A DNA stretch of 64,000 nucleotides from Bacteroidota bacterium (GTDB taxonomy: Bacteria > Bacteroidota > Bacteroidia > Bacteroidales > FEN-979), in assembly GCA_037134895.1 (NCBI GenBank), contig JBAXLI010000015.1, positions 2,875 to 66,874 on the forward strand, read 5' to 3'. A model generated the notes under the pieces. That model ran no database searches. It was not told the origin of the DNA and saw only the letters and a list, made by a program, of their open reading frames with translations. The translations under genes were made by a program, and so were the position numbers. This document shows, piece after piece, positions 26,040 to 36,036 of the stretch (position 1 is the first letter of the stretch; each line of letters starts with the position of its first letter).

Positions 26040-27389
26040 ATGAAATGCCAAACGAACATACTGCTCCTGTTTTTGCTTGCATTCTCCTGCCAGGGAATTT
26101 TATTTGCCCAGAAGTCCTGGAACCTCGATCAATGCATAAACTATGCCTGGGAAAACAATTTCTCTGTTCACAACCAGGAGCTGGGTGTTAAAATCAAGAA
26201 GACCGATTACAGGCAGGCCAGGAATGATTTATTGCCCGACCTCGGTTTTTCAACTTCATACACCCAGAACTATGGACGCAGTATCGATCCGACTACAAAT
26301 TCATACATCGATGTACAGTTCTTTAACAATGGTTATGGGCTGGCGGCTTCAGTTGACCTCTTCAACGGGTTTATGAAGGTCAATACGATCAATATGCAGC
26401 GCTTGAATTATGAAGCGGAGAAGAACAGGCTTCAGCAAGTCAGGAACGAGGTTGCATTTACAGTGATTAACAGTTATTTCAACGTTTTGCTTCAGCAGGG
26501 GCTTTCGTCAATTGCAATGGAGAATTTCAAACTCTCACGCACCCAATTGGATTTTACTACTGAATACGTCAGGCTTGGTCGTAAACCGGGTACCGATTTG
26601 CTCGAAACAGAAGCCAACCTGGCCTCCGACAGTTTCCTGCTGGTTCAGTCTTATAACCTGCTTGAACAGGCAAGCCTGGGGCTGAAATACCAGATGAATT
26701 TTCCGGTTGCCGACAGCCTTGTCATTGATACTGTTGTGATGTCAATCTTCGCAGGTTCAATCGATACGCTTTCGATGGACGAGTTATACAGGGTTGCAGC
26801 TGTTGCACTGCCTGATATAGTATATGCAAAGAATAACATGCTGGCTGCAAAAAAAGCGGTACAGGTAAGCCAGGGCTCATTTTCACCCAGGCTTGGATTT
26901 TATGCCGGATGGAATTCGCAGTATATGCAAACAAGCCGAGACTCCCTGAACAGGATCATTCCTTATGGCGACCAGATGAAAAACAACTCAAGCGAATACC
27001 TGAGTCTTGATCTCCAGATACCATTGTTTTCGAGATTTTCTAAATACACTTCCCTGAGTAAATCCAAACTGAGATACCAGCAAGCCAGGATACAGTATGA
27101 TGACATCTCATATAAACTCATGATGGGCGTCGAAAAATCGCTTACCGAATGGAGAGCTTCAAGGGCGGAATATGAATCTTCACTCAGCCAGCTTGCAAAG
27201 AACCTTAAAGCATATCAGGCTGCTGAAAAGAAACTGGATAAAGGCCTGATCAATATCATAGAATTCGATATCCAGAAAAATAAATGGATCAGGGCAAAAG
27301 CCGAAGTTTTAAGAACCGGCTTGCAGGTATTGTTAAAGGAACGATATATCAGGTTCCTGATGACCGGATCACTGTTATCGGGGAAATAA
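26040..27389 (+). CDS. TolC-family outer-membrane efflux protein
   Basis: The start is at ATG 26040 (MKCQTNILLLFLLAFSCQGILFAQ), 1 nt after the ATPase stop. It has a two-fold repeated coiled-coil/beta architecture with typical OEP motifs (LDQCINYAWENNFSV, ARNDLLPDL, LDKGLINIIEF). Confidence 0.85.
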   Translation: MKCQTNILLLFLLAFSCQGILFAQKSWNLDQCINYAWENNFSVHNQELGVKIKKTDYRQARNDLLPDLGFSTSYTQNYGRSIDPTTNSYIDVQFFNNGYGLAASVDLFNGFMKVNTINMQRLNYEAEKNRLQQVRNEVAFTVINSYFNVLLQQGLSSIAMENFKLSRTQLDFTTEYVRLGRKPGTDLLETEANLASDSFLLVQSYNLLEQASLGLKYQMNFPVADSLVIDTVVMSIFAGSIDTLSMDELYRVAAVALPDIVYAKNNMLAAKKAVQVSQGSFSPRLGFYAGWNSQYMQTSRDSLNRIIPYGDQMKNNSSEYLSLDLQIPLFSRFSKYTSLSKSKLRYQQARIQYDDISYKLMMGVEKSLTEWRASRAEYESSLSQLAKNLKAYQAAEKKLDKGLINIIEFDIQKNKWIRAKAEVLRTGLQVLLKERYIRFLMTGSLLSGK

Positions 27390-27390
27390 A

Positions 27391-27432
27391 CGTAAATCGG
27401 GCTTCGTAAATCGTGAATCGTAAATCGTAAAT
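27391..27432. repeat. Tandem heptamer array (CGTAAAT/CGTGAAT, 6 units) inside the operon spacer
   Basis: cgtaaat cgggctt cgtaaat cgtgaat cgtaaat cgtaaat. It fills most of the 51-nt gap between the TolC-like and HlyD-like genes. Confidence 0.8.
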
Positions 27433-27440
27433 AACACAGT

Positions 27441-28715
27441 ATGGTAGCTAATGACACAACCGGGATGGATAAGGTAATCGTGGAAAAACGGTGGATTAAA
27501 AAAAAATACTGGAAATACATCATTGGCGGAGGTTTGCTCCTGGCGGTCGTTCTCTTTTTTCTTTTAAGGGATTGGACCAGCACGGTAAGGGTTGAAAGGG
27601 AGAGAATCAGTATTGCTCCTGTGATCAAGGGGATTTTTAATGATTATATCACCAATGACGGGATAGCCGCTCCCATCTCCACCGTATACCTGGATGCTTA
27701 CGAGGGCGGAAAAGTAGAAGAGATCCTGCTCGAAGAAGGAACCATGCTGAAAAAGGGAGACGTTATTATCCGGCTGATGAATAACGATATCAACCTGAAC
27801 ATCCTTAATAGCGAAGCCCAGCTGGCCGAGAAATCGAATTTCCTTAGGGAAGTCAGGATACGCATGGAACAGGAAAAACATTCCCTCGAAAGGGAAGTGC
27901 TTAATGCCCGTTTTGACCTTATTGCCAAAAAAAGGACCTATGAACAGAATAAAGAGCTTTATAAAGACCAGCTGATTTCCCGGGATGAATACCTTCGTTC
28001 GGAAGAAGCCTATCAGCTGGCCGATAAAACAAAAGAGCTGGTTTATCTCAGGCAAAGGCAGGATTCTTCCTTCCGGTCCCTTCAGATTGAGCAGATCAGC
28101 GACAACCTGAAGAACATGCAGCTGAACCTGGCTCTTGTAAAACAACAGCAGGATTACCTGAATGTAAAATCCCCGGTCGATGGACAGCTTGGCAGCCTTA
28201 TGGTAGAAATCGGGCAGTCGATCCCTCGTGGTTTCCGAATCGGGCAGATCAACATCCTCACTTCCTATAAAATTGAGGCGGATGTGGATGAACATTATAT
28301 CGACAGGATAAGAACAGGACTAAGCGCCTATATTGAAAGACCGAATGACACCCTGCCTCTTGAAATTAAAAAAGTGTATCCCGAAGTCCGGAACGGCAGG
28401 TTTAAAATAGACCTTGTGTTTACAGGAAAACTTCCTGAGAACATCAGGATAGGACAGTCCTATTTTATTAAGATCAAGCTCGGACAGGCTGTCGAAGCTA
28501 TACAGATTCCCCAGGGCGGATTTTATCAGACTACCGGTGGACAATGGATTTTTGTTGTTGATAAAAGTGGTCTGTTCGCTGTTAAAAGGAACATCAAGAT
28601 CGGAAGAAAAAATCCGCAGTATTATGAAATTCTCGACGGGCTTGCTCCCGGAGAAGAGGTCATTGTTTCGGATTACACGATTTTCGGAAACAATGATAAG
28701 GTTGAATTAAAGTAA
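27441..28715 (+). CDS. HlyD-family periplasmic adaptor (membrane fusion protein)
   Basis: N-terminal TM anchor (YIIGGGLLLAVVLFFLL), a lipoyl-like segment (GGKVEEILLEEGTMLKKGDVIIRL), a long coiled-coil hairpin and a beta-barrel C-terminus (SPVDGQLGSLMVEIGQSI). Confidence 0.85.
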   Translation: MVANDTTGMDKVIVEKRWIKKKYWKYIIGGGLLLAVVLFFLLRDWTSTVRVERERISIAPVIKGIFNDYITNDGIAAPISTVYLDAYEGGKVEEILLEEGTMLKKGDVIIRLMNNDINLNILNSEAQLAEKSNFLREVRIRMEQEKHSLEREVLNARFDLIAKKRTYEQNKELYKDQLISRDEYLRSEEAYQLADKTKELVYLRQRQDSSFRSLQIEQISDNLKNMQLNLALVKQQQDYLNVKSPVDGQLGSLMVEIGQSIPRGFRIGQINILTSYKIEADVDEHYIDRIRTGLSAYIERPNDTLPLEIKKVYPEVRNGRFKIDLVFTGKLPENIRIGQSYFIKIKLGQAVEAIQIPQGGFYQTTGGQWIFVVDKSGLFAVKRNIKIGRKNPQYYEILDGLAPGEEVIVSDYTIFGNNDKVELK

Positions 28716-28726
28716 ATCATGAAAAC

Positions 28727-31120
28727 ATGTTAAAGAACACCTTTAAAATAATATTCCGCAATATTTCCAGGCAGAAGGGCTTCACCTTTATAAATGTAGC
28801 CGGACTTGCAGTTGGCCTTGCAGCAGCTTTGCTGATCCTGATGTGGGTCATGGATGAATTGAGTTATGAAAACTTTAATGAGCATGCCGGTAATATCTAT
28901 ATGGTTCACCAGGACCAGTTCTATACAGGGGATCGTTATCGTGTACCTGTGACACCTCATCCCTGTGCCCCGGTCTGGAAGGAACGGATTCCTGGGATAA
29001 GGGAAACAACGCGGCTTGTCAGGCTTCCCAAGCTCCTGTTTCGCGTTGACGACAAGGTGTTCTTTGAAGACCACATCAAGGCAGCCGACCCGGGAATCTT
29101 AAAGATTTTTACATTTCCGTTGTTGTTAGGGGACGCAAACACGGCCTTGCTTGATCCACACTCAATAATTCTTACGGAAAAATTGGCAAGGAAATATTTT
29201 GGAGATAAAAATCCGGTCGGAAAGAACATAAGTCTCGAAAACAAGAATACATTTACGGTCAGCGCTGTGATGAAAGACATCCCGAAAAACTCTGTCTATT
29301 CTACCGCTGTTGAAAACGGAATTGGTATTGATGCGATTATTCCATACTCCTTTCTGAAGGAGATTGGAGTGTCAGATGACTCATGGGGCAATAACAGTAT
29401 TTTTACTTATGTATTACTTGATAATGGGGCCGATATAAAATCCGTTAATAAGAAACTAACCGACATTGTTGTTGAACATAGACCTGAGACCAGGACAAAA
29501 TTCTTCCTCTCACCATTATTGGATTTACGCCTTCACACTTCGTTCGGATTCCAGGTTGGCAAAGGGGCTATCGTTAACATTTACATATTTGTTTCCATTG
29601 CCATATTTATTCTTCTCATCGCCTGTATTAATTTTATAAATCTTGCCACTGCTAAAGCATCCTTAAGAGGGAAAGAGATAGGCATTAAAAAGGTTTCAGG
29701 GGCCAACCGGCTGAACATGATTGTCCAGTTCATGGTTGAATCACTGGTGATCGTAATGATTTCTTTATTTTTTGCACTGGTGCTGGTCGGCTTGTCTCTC
29801 GCGGTTTTTAATTCGATATCAGGGAAAAGCTTTACACTAACCGATATTTTCCAGGTAAAATTCATGGTAGGATTTATCATAACAGGCCTGGTAACCGGAA
29901 TCCTTGCCGGGATTTATCCTGCATTTTATTTATCCTCTCTGAAACCGGTCCTGGTGCTTAAAGGAGAAACGATATCCGGAAAAAGAAACAGCCTGTTAAG
30001 ACGAATCCTGGTAATCGTCCAGTTCTCTCTTTCGATATTTATTGCACTTGGTTCTATTTTCATGTACCTGCAATTAAAATTCATGCAAGGAAAGGAACTG
30101 GGATTTGATAAGGAAAACGTCATATGCATCAACATGCCCGACAACATGAAAACCAAATACTATTCACTGAAGAAAGAGTTGCTTCGGGAGTCTTCTGTAC
30201 TTGGTGTTACAGCTTCATCGCATAATCCTACAATGATCGGCAGTAATGGTGGTGGTGCATCATGGGCAGGAAAGGATCCGAAAAAGGAAGTACTGATAGG
30301 GCAGAACATCATCGATTACGATTACTTAAGTACCATGAAGATCAAACTGGTGTCGGGACGGGATTTTTCGCGCGATTTTCCCGGTGACATGGGTGATACC
30401 TTGGGTAATTTCCTGGTAAATGAAGAAGTCGCAAAACTGATGGGAGGAGGGGATGCGGTTGGTAAAAGTTTCAGGTTTATGGGACAGAAGGGAATTATTG
30501 TCGGGGTGATGAAAGATTTTCATTTCAGTGGAGCCCAGGAACCGATTCAACCCATGGCTTTTGCGGTTAGCGACAGCAAATCCTTTTCCAATGCGCTGAT
30601 AAGGTTGGCGCCGGGCAATCTCCCCGGCACCCTGGAGACCGTGGAGAAAATCTGGAAAAAAATTGTTCCTGATTATCCGCTCGAGTACAGTTTTCTTGAT
30701 AAAGATTATGAAAATCTTTACAGGACAGAGATGCGGATGAGCCTCTTGTTAAAGTATTTCACAATAGTTGCGTTAATTATTGCATGTCTCGGGCTCTACG
30801 GATTAAGTGCATATGCAGCCGGCAGGCGTACCCGCGAGATAGGTGTGCGTAAAGTGATGGGAGCAGGAGTGGTCTCGGTGATTTTCTCCCTGTCTAAGGA
30901 ATTTCTCCTGCTTGTGATCATTTCGATTGCACTGGCGTTTCCGCTTGGCTGGTATGCCGTAAATAAGATGCTGAATGAATTTGCATACCGCATAGACATA
31001 AACTGGCTGGTGTTTGGTGAGATCGGACTGGGTGCATTGATCGTTGCCCTGGCGACGGTAAGTTTCCAGGCATACAGGGCTGCTGCAATTAACCCGGCGG
31101 TGGCTTTGAAAACGGAATAA
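28727..31120 (+). CDS. MacB-like ABC permease, double FtsX/MacB_PCD architecture (paralog 1, 797 aa)
   Basis: The N-terminus is MLKNTFKIIFRNISRQKGFTFINVAGLAVGLAAALLILMWVMDELSYENF. There are two FtsX cytoplasmic-loop motifs, LRGKEIGIKKVSGANR and RRTREIGVRKVMGAG, each preceded by a large soluble (periplasmic) region. The C-terminus is INPAVALKTE. Confidence 0.9.
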   Translation: MLKNTFKIIFRNISRQKGFTFINVAGLAVGLAAALLILMWVMDELSYENFNEHAGNIYMVHQDQFYTGDRYRVPVTPHPCAPVWKERIPGIRETTRLVRLPKLLFRVDDKVFFEDHIKAADPGILKIFTFPLLLGDANTALLDPHSIILTEKLARKYFGDKNPVGKNISLENKNTFTVSAVMKDIPKNSVYSTAVENGIGIDAIIPYSFLKEIGVSDDSWGNNSIFTYVLLDNGADIKSVNKKLTDIVVEHRPETRTKFFLSPLLDLRLHTSFGFQVGKGAIVNIYIFVSIAIFILLIACINFINLATAKASLRGKEIGIKKVSGANRLNMIVQFMVESLVIVMISLFFALVLVGLSLAVFNSISGKSFTLTDIFQVKFMVGFIITGLVTGILAGIYPAFYLSSLKPVLVLKGETISGKRNSLLRRILVIVQFSLSIFIALGSIFMYLQLKFMQGKELGFDKENVICINMPDNMKTKYYSLKKELLRESSVLGVTASSHNPTMIGSNGGGASWAGKDPKKEVLIGQNIIDYDYLSTMKIKLVSGRDFSRDFPGDMGDTLGNFLVNEEVAKLMGGGDAVGKSFRFMGQKGIIVGVMKDFHFSGAQEPIQPMAFAVSDSKSFSNALIRLAPGNLPGTLETVEKIWKKIVPDYPLEYSFLDKDYENLYRTEMRMSLLLKYFTIVALIIACLGLYGLSAYAAGRRTREIGVRKVMGAGVVSVIFSLSKEFLLLVIISIALAFPLGWYAVNKMLNEFAYRIDINWLVFGEIGLGALIVALATVSFQAYRAAAINPAVALKTE

Positions 31121-31147
31121 CATCCGCCCACAAAACAAACGGAAATC

Positions 31148-33568
31148 ATGATAAAGAGTTATTTTAAAACCGCAGTGAGAAATTATTCCCGGAACAGGGG
31201 ATTCACTCTGATCAATATTGGAGGGTTATCTGTTGGCATGACATCTGCTTTAATACTCATTCTGTTTGTTGTAAACGAGCTTAGTTTCGACCGCTTTCAT
31301 AATAAAGCAGACCGTATCTACAGGGTTGAAGAGCAGCATGGCCCCGACCCCGCTAACCGTGGATTTTTCACCTCTCCTCCTCTTGCTCCGGCTTTGAAAT
31401 CGATGTTCCCTGAGATCCTTGATGTTACAAGAATCATGCTTTGGAAAAGGAATGTTCTTGTAAGCTACAAGGATAAAAAGTTTGTTGAATCAAATATTGC
31501 CCGGGCCGATTCTTCACTGTTTGATGTTTTTACTATTCCTTTTCTCGAGGGAAATCCGAAAGAGGCGTTAAGAAGGCCCAATACTGTTGTCATCACCGAT
31601 AAAATAGCGAAAAAATTCTTTGGAGATGAAGACCCCCTCGGGAAATCGATCAATATTAATTCAAAAACAGCTTACGAAATTACCGGAGTTGTGCACGAAT
31701 TACCCCAGAATTCTCATTTTTTCTTCGATTTTCTTATACCCGCGAATTACGAAGGGTTGAACTGGGGTGATGGATGTTTGCAGACTTACCTCACACTACC
31801 TGAAAATTATGATAAAGCACAGCTTGAACAAAAGTTCCCTGATTTTATTTTACGATATATGAGTCCCTGGCTGGAAAAGGAATATGGGCTTCCTGTTACC
31901 AGGATTTTTAAAGACAAAAACAACCAGATCAACTATTTCCTGGCTCCCCTTCGCAATGTCTATCTGCATCATAATATGGAAGGCCTCCCTGGTCTGGATG
32001 GCCTGATGATGAAATTCGGAAGTTTAAAAACGGTGATTCTTTTCTCGATCCTGGCTGTGTTTGTCCTGCTTATTGCCTGCATTAATTTTATCAATTTATC
32101 AATTGGAAGGTCGGTTAAACGAACATCGGAAATTTCGCTTCGGAAAGTAATGGGGGCAAGAAAGAGTTCCCTGATCAGGCAATTCCTTATTGAATCGGTA
32201 ATGATCAGTTCTGCCGCCTTGATACTGGCTTTTATCATTTTGAGAATTTCGATCCCGTTTTTCAATAATTATCTAAATACCTCCATCGGCTTTTCTAACA
32301 TTTCTTTGTTGTTTCCCGTTTTTGTGATTATCACCTTCCTGGTTGGAATCCTTTCGGGCTTGTACCCTGCATTCTACCTGTCGTCAATCAATCCCGCCGA
32401 AATCCTGGGTAAAAAGTCAGGACCCCCTTTGCTGAGGACCTGCCTCAATCATCTCCTGCTTACAGTCCAATTCATTATTTCCATCGGGTTGATTATTTCC
32501 ACTGCCACGATTTTTTTACAATTGAATTTCGTGAACAAAGTAAAACTCGGGTTCACGAAAGATCATGTCATGTTGATTGAAAGAGCCGGTGCATTGGGCG
32601 AAAACCAGCATTCATTTACTGAATCATTAAAAAGAAATCCGGGTGTACTGGAAACATCCTATTCTAACTCAGTTCCCGGGCGCCATTTTGAACCGACTGG
32701 TTACAACCTCGAAGGAGCCCCGAGATCAGAGTCATTTTTTTTAATGACCATGAATGCCGACCAGGATTTTCTTAAAACCCTCGACCTGAAACTTGTTAGA
32801 GGGAGGTACTTTTCCAAAGGAACAGCATCCGGGAATCTTGAAGCGGTAATCAATGAGAAAGCAGTGGAAAGATACCGGTGGAAGGAGCCTCTTGGGAAAA
32901 GGATAATCTATGAAACAAAGGAAAACGGGGAAAATGTCTATGCAGAAATCATCGGTGTGGTCAGGGATTTTAATTTTGAACCATTATACCAGGTCATCCA
33001 GCCAATGATGATCTGCAACCTGCCTTATCCTGGGAACCTGCTTGTCGTAAAACTCAGACCTGAGAATTTGAATAACACAATTGTTTATATACAAAATCAA
33101 TGGAGCCGAATGACGAATGCACAACCTTTCCAATACTGTTTTCTGGATGACGATTTCGGGAAATCCTATAAGCCTGATCAGAGAAGGGGAATCCTGTTTC
33201 TTCTTTTTTCCATTTTGGCAATATTTCTTTCATGTATGGGTATGCTGGGTCTCGTAATCTCATCAACAGAGCAAAGAACAAAAGAAATAGGTATCAGGAA
33301 AGTCAATGGTGCCACAAGCATGATTCTGCTGACTCTTTTTTCAAAAAATTATTTACGATGGATTGGCATTGCCTTTCTGGTGGCCTGCCCGGTTTCATAT
33401 TATGCAATGTACAGGTATCTTGAAAATTTTGCATTCAGGATAAACCTTAGCTTGTGGATTTTTGTTTTTGCCGGCCTTTTTACCATGCTGATCACCATTT
33501 TAACCATTACCTGGCAGAACTGGCTGATGGCTTCCAAAAATCCGGTGGAAATGCTCAGATATGAATAA
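31148..33568 (+). CDS. MacB-like ABC permease, double FtsX (paralog 2, 806 aa)
   Basis: The N-terminus is MIKSYFKTAVRNYSRNRGFTLINIGGLSVG...ELSFDRF. The motifs are KRTSEISLRKVMGARK and QRTKEIGIRKVNGAT. The C-terminus is KNPVEMLRYE. Confidence 0.9.
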   Translation: MIKSYFKTAVRNYSRNRGFTLINIGGLSVGMTSALILILFVVNELSFDRFHNKADRIYRVEEQHGPDPANRGFFTSPPLAPALKSMFPEILDVTRIMLWKRNVLVSYKDKKFVESNIARADSSLFDVFTIPFLEGNPKEALRRPNTVVITDKIAKKFFGDEDPLGKSININSKTAYEITGVVHELPQNSHFFFDFLIPANYEGLNWGDGCLQTYLTLPENYDKAQLEQKFPDFILRYMSPWLEKEYGLPVTRIFKDKNNQINYFLAPLRNVYLHHNMEGLPGLDGLMMKFGSLKTVILFSILAVFVLLIACINFINLSIGRSVKRTSEISLRKVMGARKSSLIRQFLIESVMISSAALILAFIILRISIPFFNNYLNTSIGFSNISLLFPVFVIITFLVGILSGLYPAFYLSSINPAEILGKKSGPPLLRTCLNHLLLTVQFIISIGLIISTATIFLQLNFVNKVKLGFTKDHVMLIERAGALGENQHSFTESLKRNPGVLETSYSNSVPGRHFEPTGYNLEGAPRSESFFLMTMNADQDFLKTLDLKLVRGRYFSKGTASGNLEAVINEKAVERYRWKEPLGKRIIYETKENGENVYAEIIGVVRDFNFEPLYQVIQPMMICNLPYPGNLLVVKLRPENLNNTIVYIQNQWSRMTNAQPFQYCFLDDDFGKSYKPDQRRGILFLLFSILAIFLSCMGMLGLVISSTEQRTKEIGIRKVNGATSMILLTLFSKNYLRWIGIAFLVACPVSYYAMYRYLENFAFRINLSLWIFVFAGLFTMLITILTITWQNWLMASKNPVEMLRYE

Positions 33569-33577
33569 AAACATCAT

Positions 33578-35971
33578 ATGATAAGAATTGCTTTCACAAC
33601 ACTTTCCCGGACGATCAGGAAAAACGTTGTTTTCTCGTTTATCAACATTTTTGGACTAACCTTGGGAATTGTCAGTTTTTTACTGATGATGATGTTTGTT
33701 TTCAGTGAACTAAGTTATGACCGGTTTAACCAGAACTCAGACCGGGTATACCGCCTGTGTATCAGGGCCGGGATAGGGGATACAAAGATCAACCAGACGT
33801 ATTCCTCGTCCAGAATTTTCAGGGAAATGCTGGCAAAATTTCCCGAGATTGAAACCGGTGTAAAATTTTCAGGTTGGCAGGATGTCCTGGTCAGAGTGGG
33901 AGAAAAAACGATCTCTGAACCGACAGTAATGTTCGTGGACTCAACTATATTTAAAGTTTTTACTTTGCCGTTGATTTCGGGTAATCCATCATCTGCGCTC
34001 GGTCGCCCAAATACTTTGGTGATCAGCGAATCCACTGCAAAAAAATATTTCGGTGAACAAAACCCGGTAGGTAAGATCATGGAGGTTGATACTGGTGGTT
34101 TCGGGCGGTTTGAAGTGACCGGCATATTTAAGGACATCCCGTCAAACGCTCATTTCCATTTCGGATTGATGGCTTCACTGGTTACATTCCCTCAAGGGCT
34201 AAGGGAGCAGGAATGGTCTGCAAACAACTTCGTCACCTATTTTCTTCTTAAACCCGGAAGTTCTGCAAAGGAGTTAGAAAATAAATTCAAAAAATATACC
34301 ATTGAAACGTATGGTGAAGAAAATTATAAAAAGCAGGTAGCCAAAGGAAACTTTTGGGAATTTTATCTTCAGCCCCTGACTTCCATCCACCTGCACTCCG
34401 ACATCAACGGGGAATTTGAACCAAACGGAAATATTAATTATGTCTATATTTTTATTGTAATCGCTTTCTTTGTCCTAATCATCGCCTGCATCAATTTCAT
34501 GAACCTTTCCACGGCAAAATCGATGCTGAGGGCCCGTGAGGTCGGGATCAAAAAGACCGCTGGATCGACCCGGGGTATATTGATAGGACAGTTCCTGTCG
34601 GAATCGGTGATATTCACATTCGTTTCGCTGATCCTTGCGATCATCATTATATATACTTTGCTTCCTGCCTACAATTCATGGCTGGGAAGGGAATTGTCGT
34701 TCAACATATTATCAACCCCCTTGACAATACCGGGCCTGGTAGCTTTTGGATTGGTAGTTGGAATGGCAGCAGGCATTTATCCCGCATTTGTACTCTCATC
34801 TTTCAACCCGGTTAAAGTCCTGAAAGCCCAGGCAATTTCTGAAACCAAAGGGATCGGATTCAGGAACATACTTGTCATCGTACAGTTCTCCGCGTCTATT
34901 TTTCTGATCATAGGGACTTTGGTTATAAGCAGGCAGATGGATTTCATCATGAAAAAAGATGTTGGTTTCACCAGGGAAAATATAATCATCCTTCGCACCC
35001 CACCTGCTTTTAGCAGGGTCAGTAAAGCGTTCAGCGATGTAATCAGGCAGCGTACGGGTGTTACCGCAGTTTCAGCATCGAATACAATACCGGGTTTTGG
35101 TTTTTCAAACTGGGGTTTTGGCGCAGAAGGGGTTGAAAAATGGTTTACCCTGAACCAGATCATCTGCGACACGGGGTTTTACCGGACGATGGGGTTCCAT
35201 ATGGCCGAAGGACGTTTCTTCTCCCGGGAGTTTCCCACTGATTCCTCAGGCATCATTTTAAACGAAACAGCAGTCAGGGTTTTAGGATTAAAACATCCAT
35301 TAGGAACTAAGATGTTTGCCGGCCGAACACCCCGGCGCAACTATCATGTGATTGGTGTTGTAAAAGATTTCAACTACGAATCGGTTCATTCCGAGATACG
35401 CCCGATGGGACTGGTTAACCTGAACTCACTAACAGGCAGTTATTTAAGCATACGGTTTGATCCGGGAAAATCAAAGGAGATCCTGCCACTGGTAAAAAGC
35501 ACCTGGGAGAAGCTGCTGCCTGCCACACCGTTCTCCTATAGCTTCATACAGGATGATTACGTGAATCTTTACCACAATGAAATTCAGACGAAGCAGGTAT
35601 TTACCATGCTGGCCGGTCTGGCTGTCATCGTTGCCATCCTCGGTATCCTGGGACTGGCTTCTTTCATGGCCCAGCGAAAGACCCGTGAGATCGCCATCCG
35701 TAAAGTTTCGGGTGCAGGTATCGGCACGATCATCATGCTACTCAACTGGAAATTCGTTAAATGGGTGTTGTTTTCCTTTCTCCTGGCAAGCCCTGTTGCA
35801 TGGTGGGTGATGAACCGCTGGCTGCAGGATTTTGCATACAGGGTATCCCTCAGCGCCTGGATCTTTTTACTGGCAGGTGCAATTGCCCTGTTACTGGTTA
35901 TCATCACGGTGAGCCTGGTCACTTTAAAAGCCGCATCGGTCAACCCTGCCGAAAGTATGAAATATGAATAA
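33578..35971 (+). CDS. MacB-like ABC permease, double FtsX (paralog 3, 797 aa)
   Basis: The N-terminus is ...FSFINIFGLTLGIVSFLLMMMFVFSELSYDRF. The motifs are LRAREVGIKKTAGSTR and RKTREIAIRKVSGAG. The C-terminus is VNPAESMKYE. Confidence 0.9.
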   Translation: MIRIAFTTLSRTIRKNVVFSFINIFGLTLGIVSFLLMMMFVFSELSYDRFNQNSDRVYRLCIRAGIGDTKINQTYSSSRIFREMLAKFPEIETGVKFSGWQDVLVRVGEKTISEPTVMFVDSTIFKVFTLPLISGNPSSALGRPNTLVISESTAKKYFGEQNPVGKIMEVDTGGFGRFEVTGIFKDIPSNAHFHFGLMASLVTFPQGLREQEWSANNFVTYFLLKPGSSAKELENKFKKYTIETYGEENYKKQVAKGNFWEFYLQPLTSIHLHSDINGEFEPNGNINYVYIFIVIAFFVLIIACINFMNLSTAKSMLRAREVGIKKTAGSTRGILIGQFLSESVIFTFVSLILAIIIIYTLLPAYNSWLGRELSFNILSTPLTIPGLVAFGLVVGMAAGIYPAFVLSSFNPVKVLKAQAISETKGIGFRNILVIVQFSASIFLIIGTLVISRQMDFIMKKDVGFTRENIIILRTPPAFSRVSKAFSDVIRQRTGVTAVSASNTIPGFGFSNWGFGAEGVEKWFTLNQIICDTGFYRTMGFHMAEGRFFSREFPTDSSGIILNETAVRVLGLKHPLGTKMFAGRTPRRNYHVIGVVKDFNYESVHSEIRPMGLVNLNSLTGSYLSIRFDPGKSKEILPLVKSTWEKLLPATPFSYSFIQDDYVNLYHNEIQTKQVFTMLAGLAVIVAILGILGLASFMAQRKTREIAIRKVSGAGIGTIIMLLNWKFVKWVLFSFLLASPVAWWVMNRWLQDFAYRVSLSAWIFLLAGAIALLLVIITVSLVTLKAASVNPAESMKYE

Positions 35972-36036
35972 AAGGTCTGATGGTTTGAAATAACTAATGT
36001 GTACGTAAGATCCGGACTAATCCAACAAACTGTATT

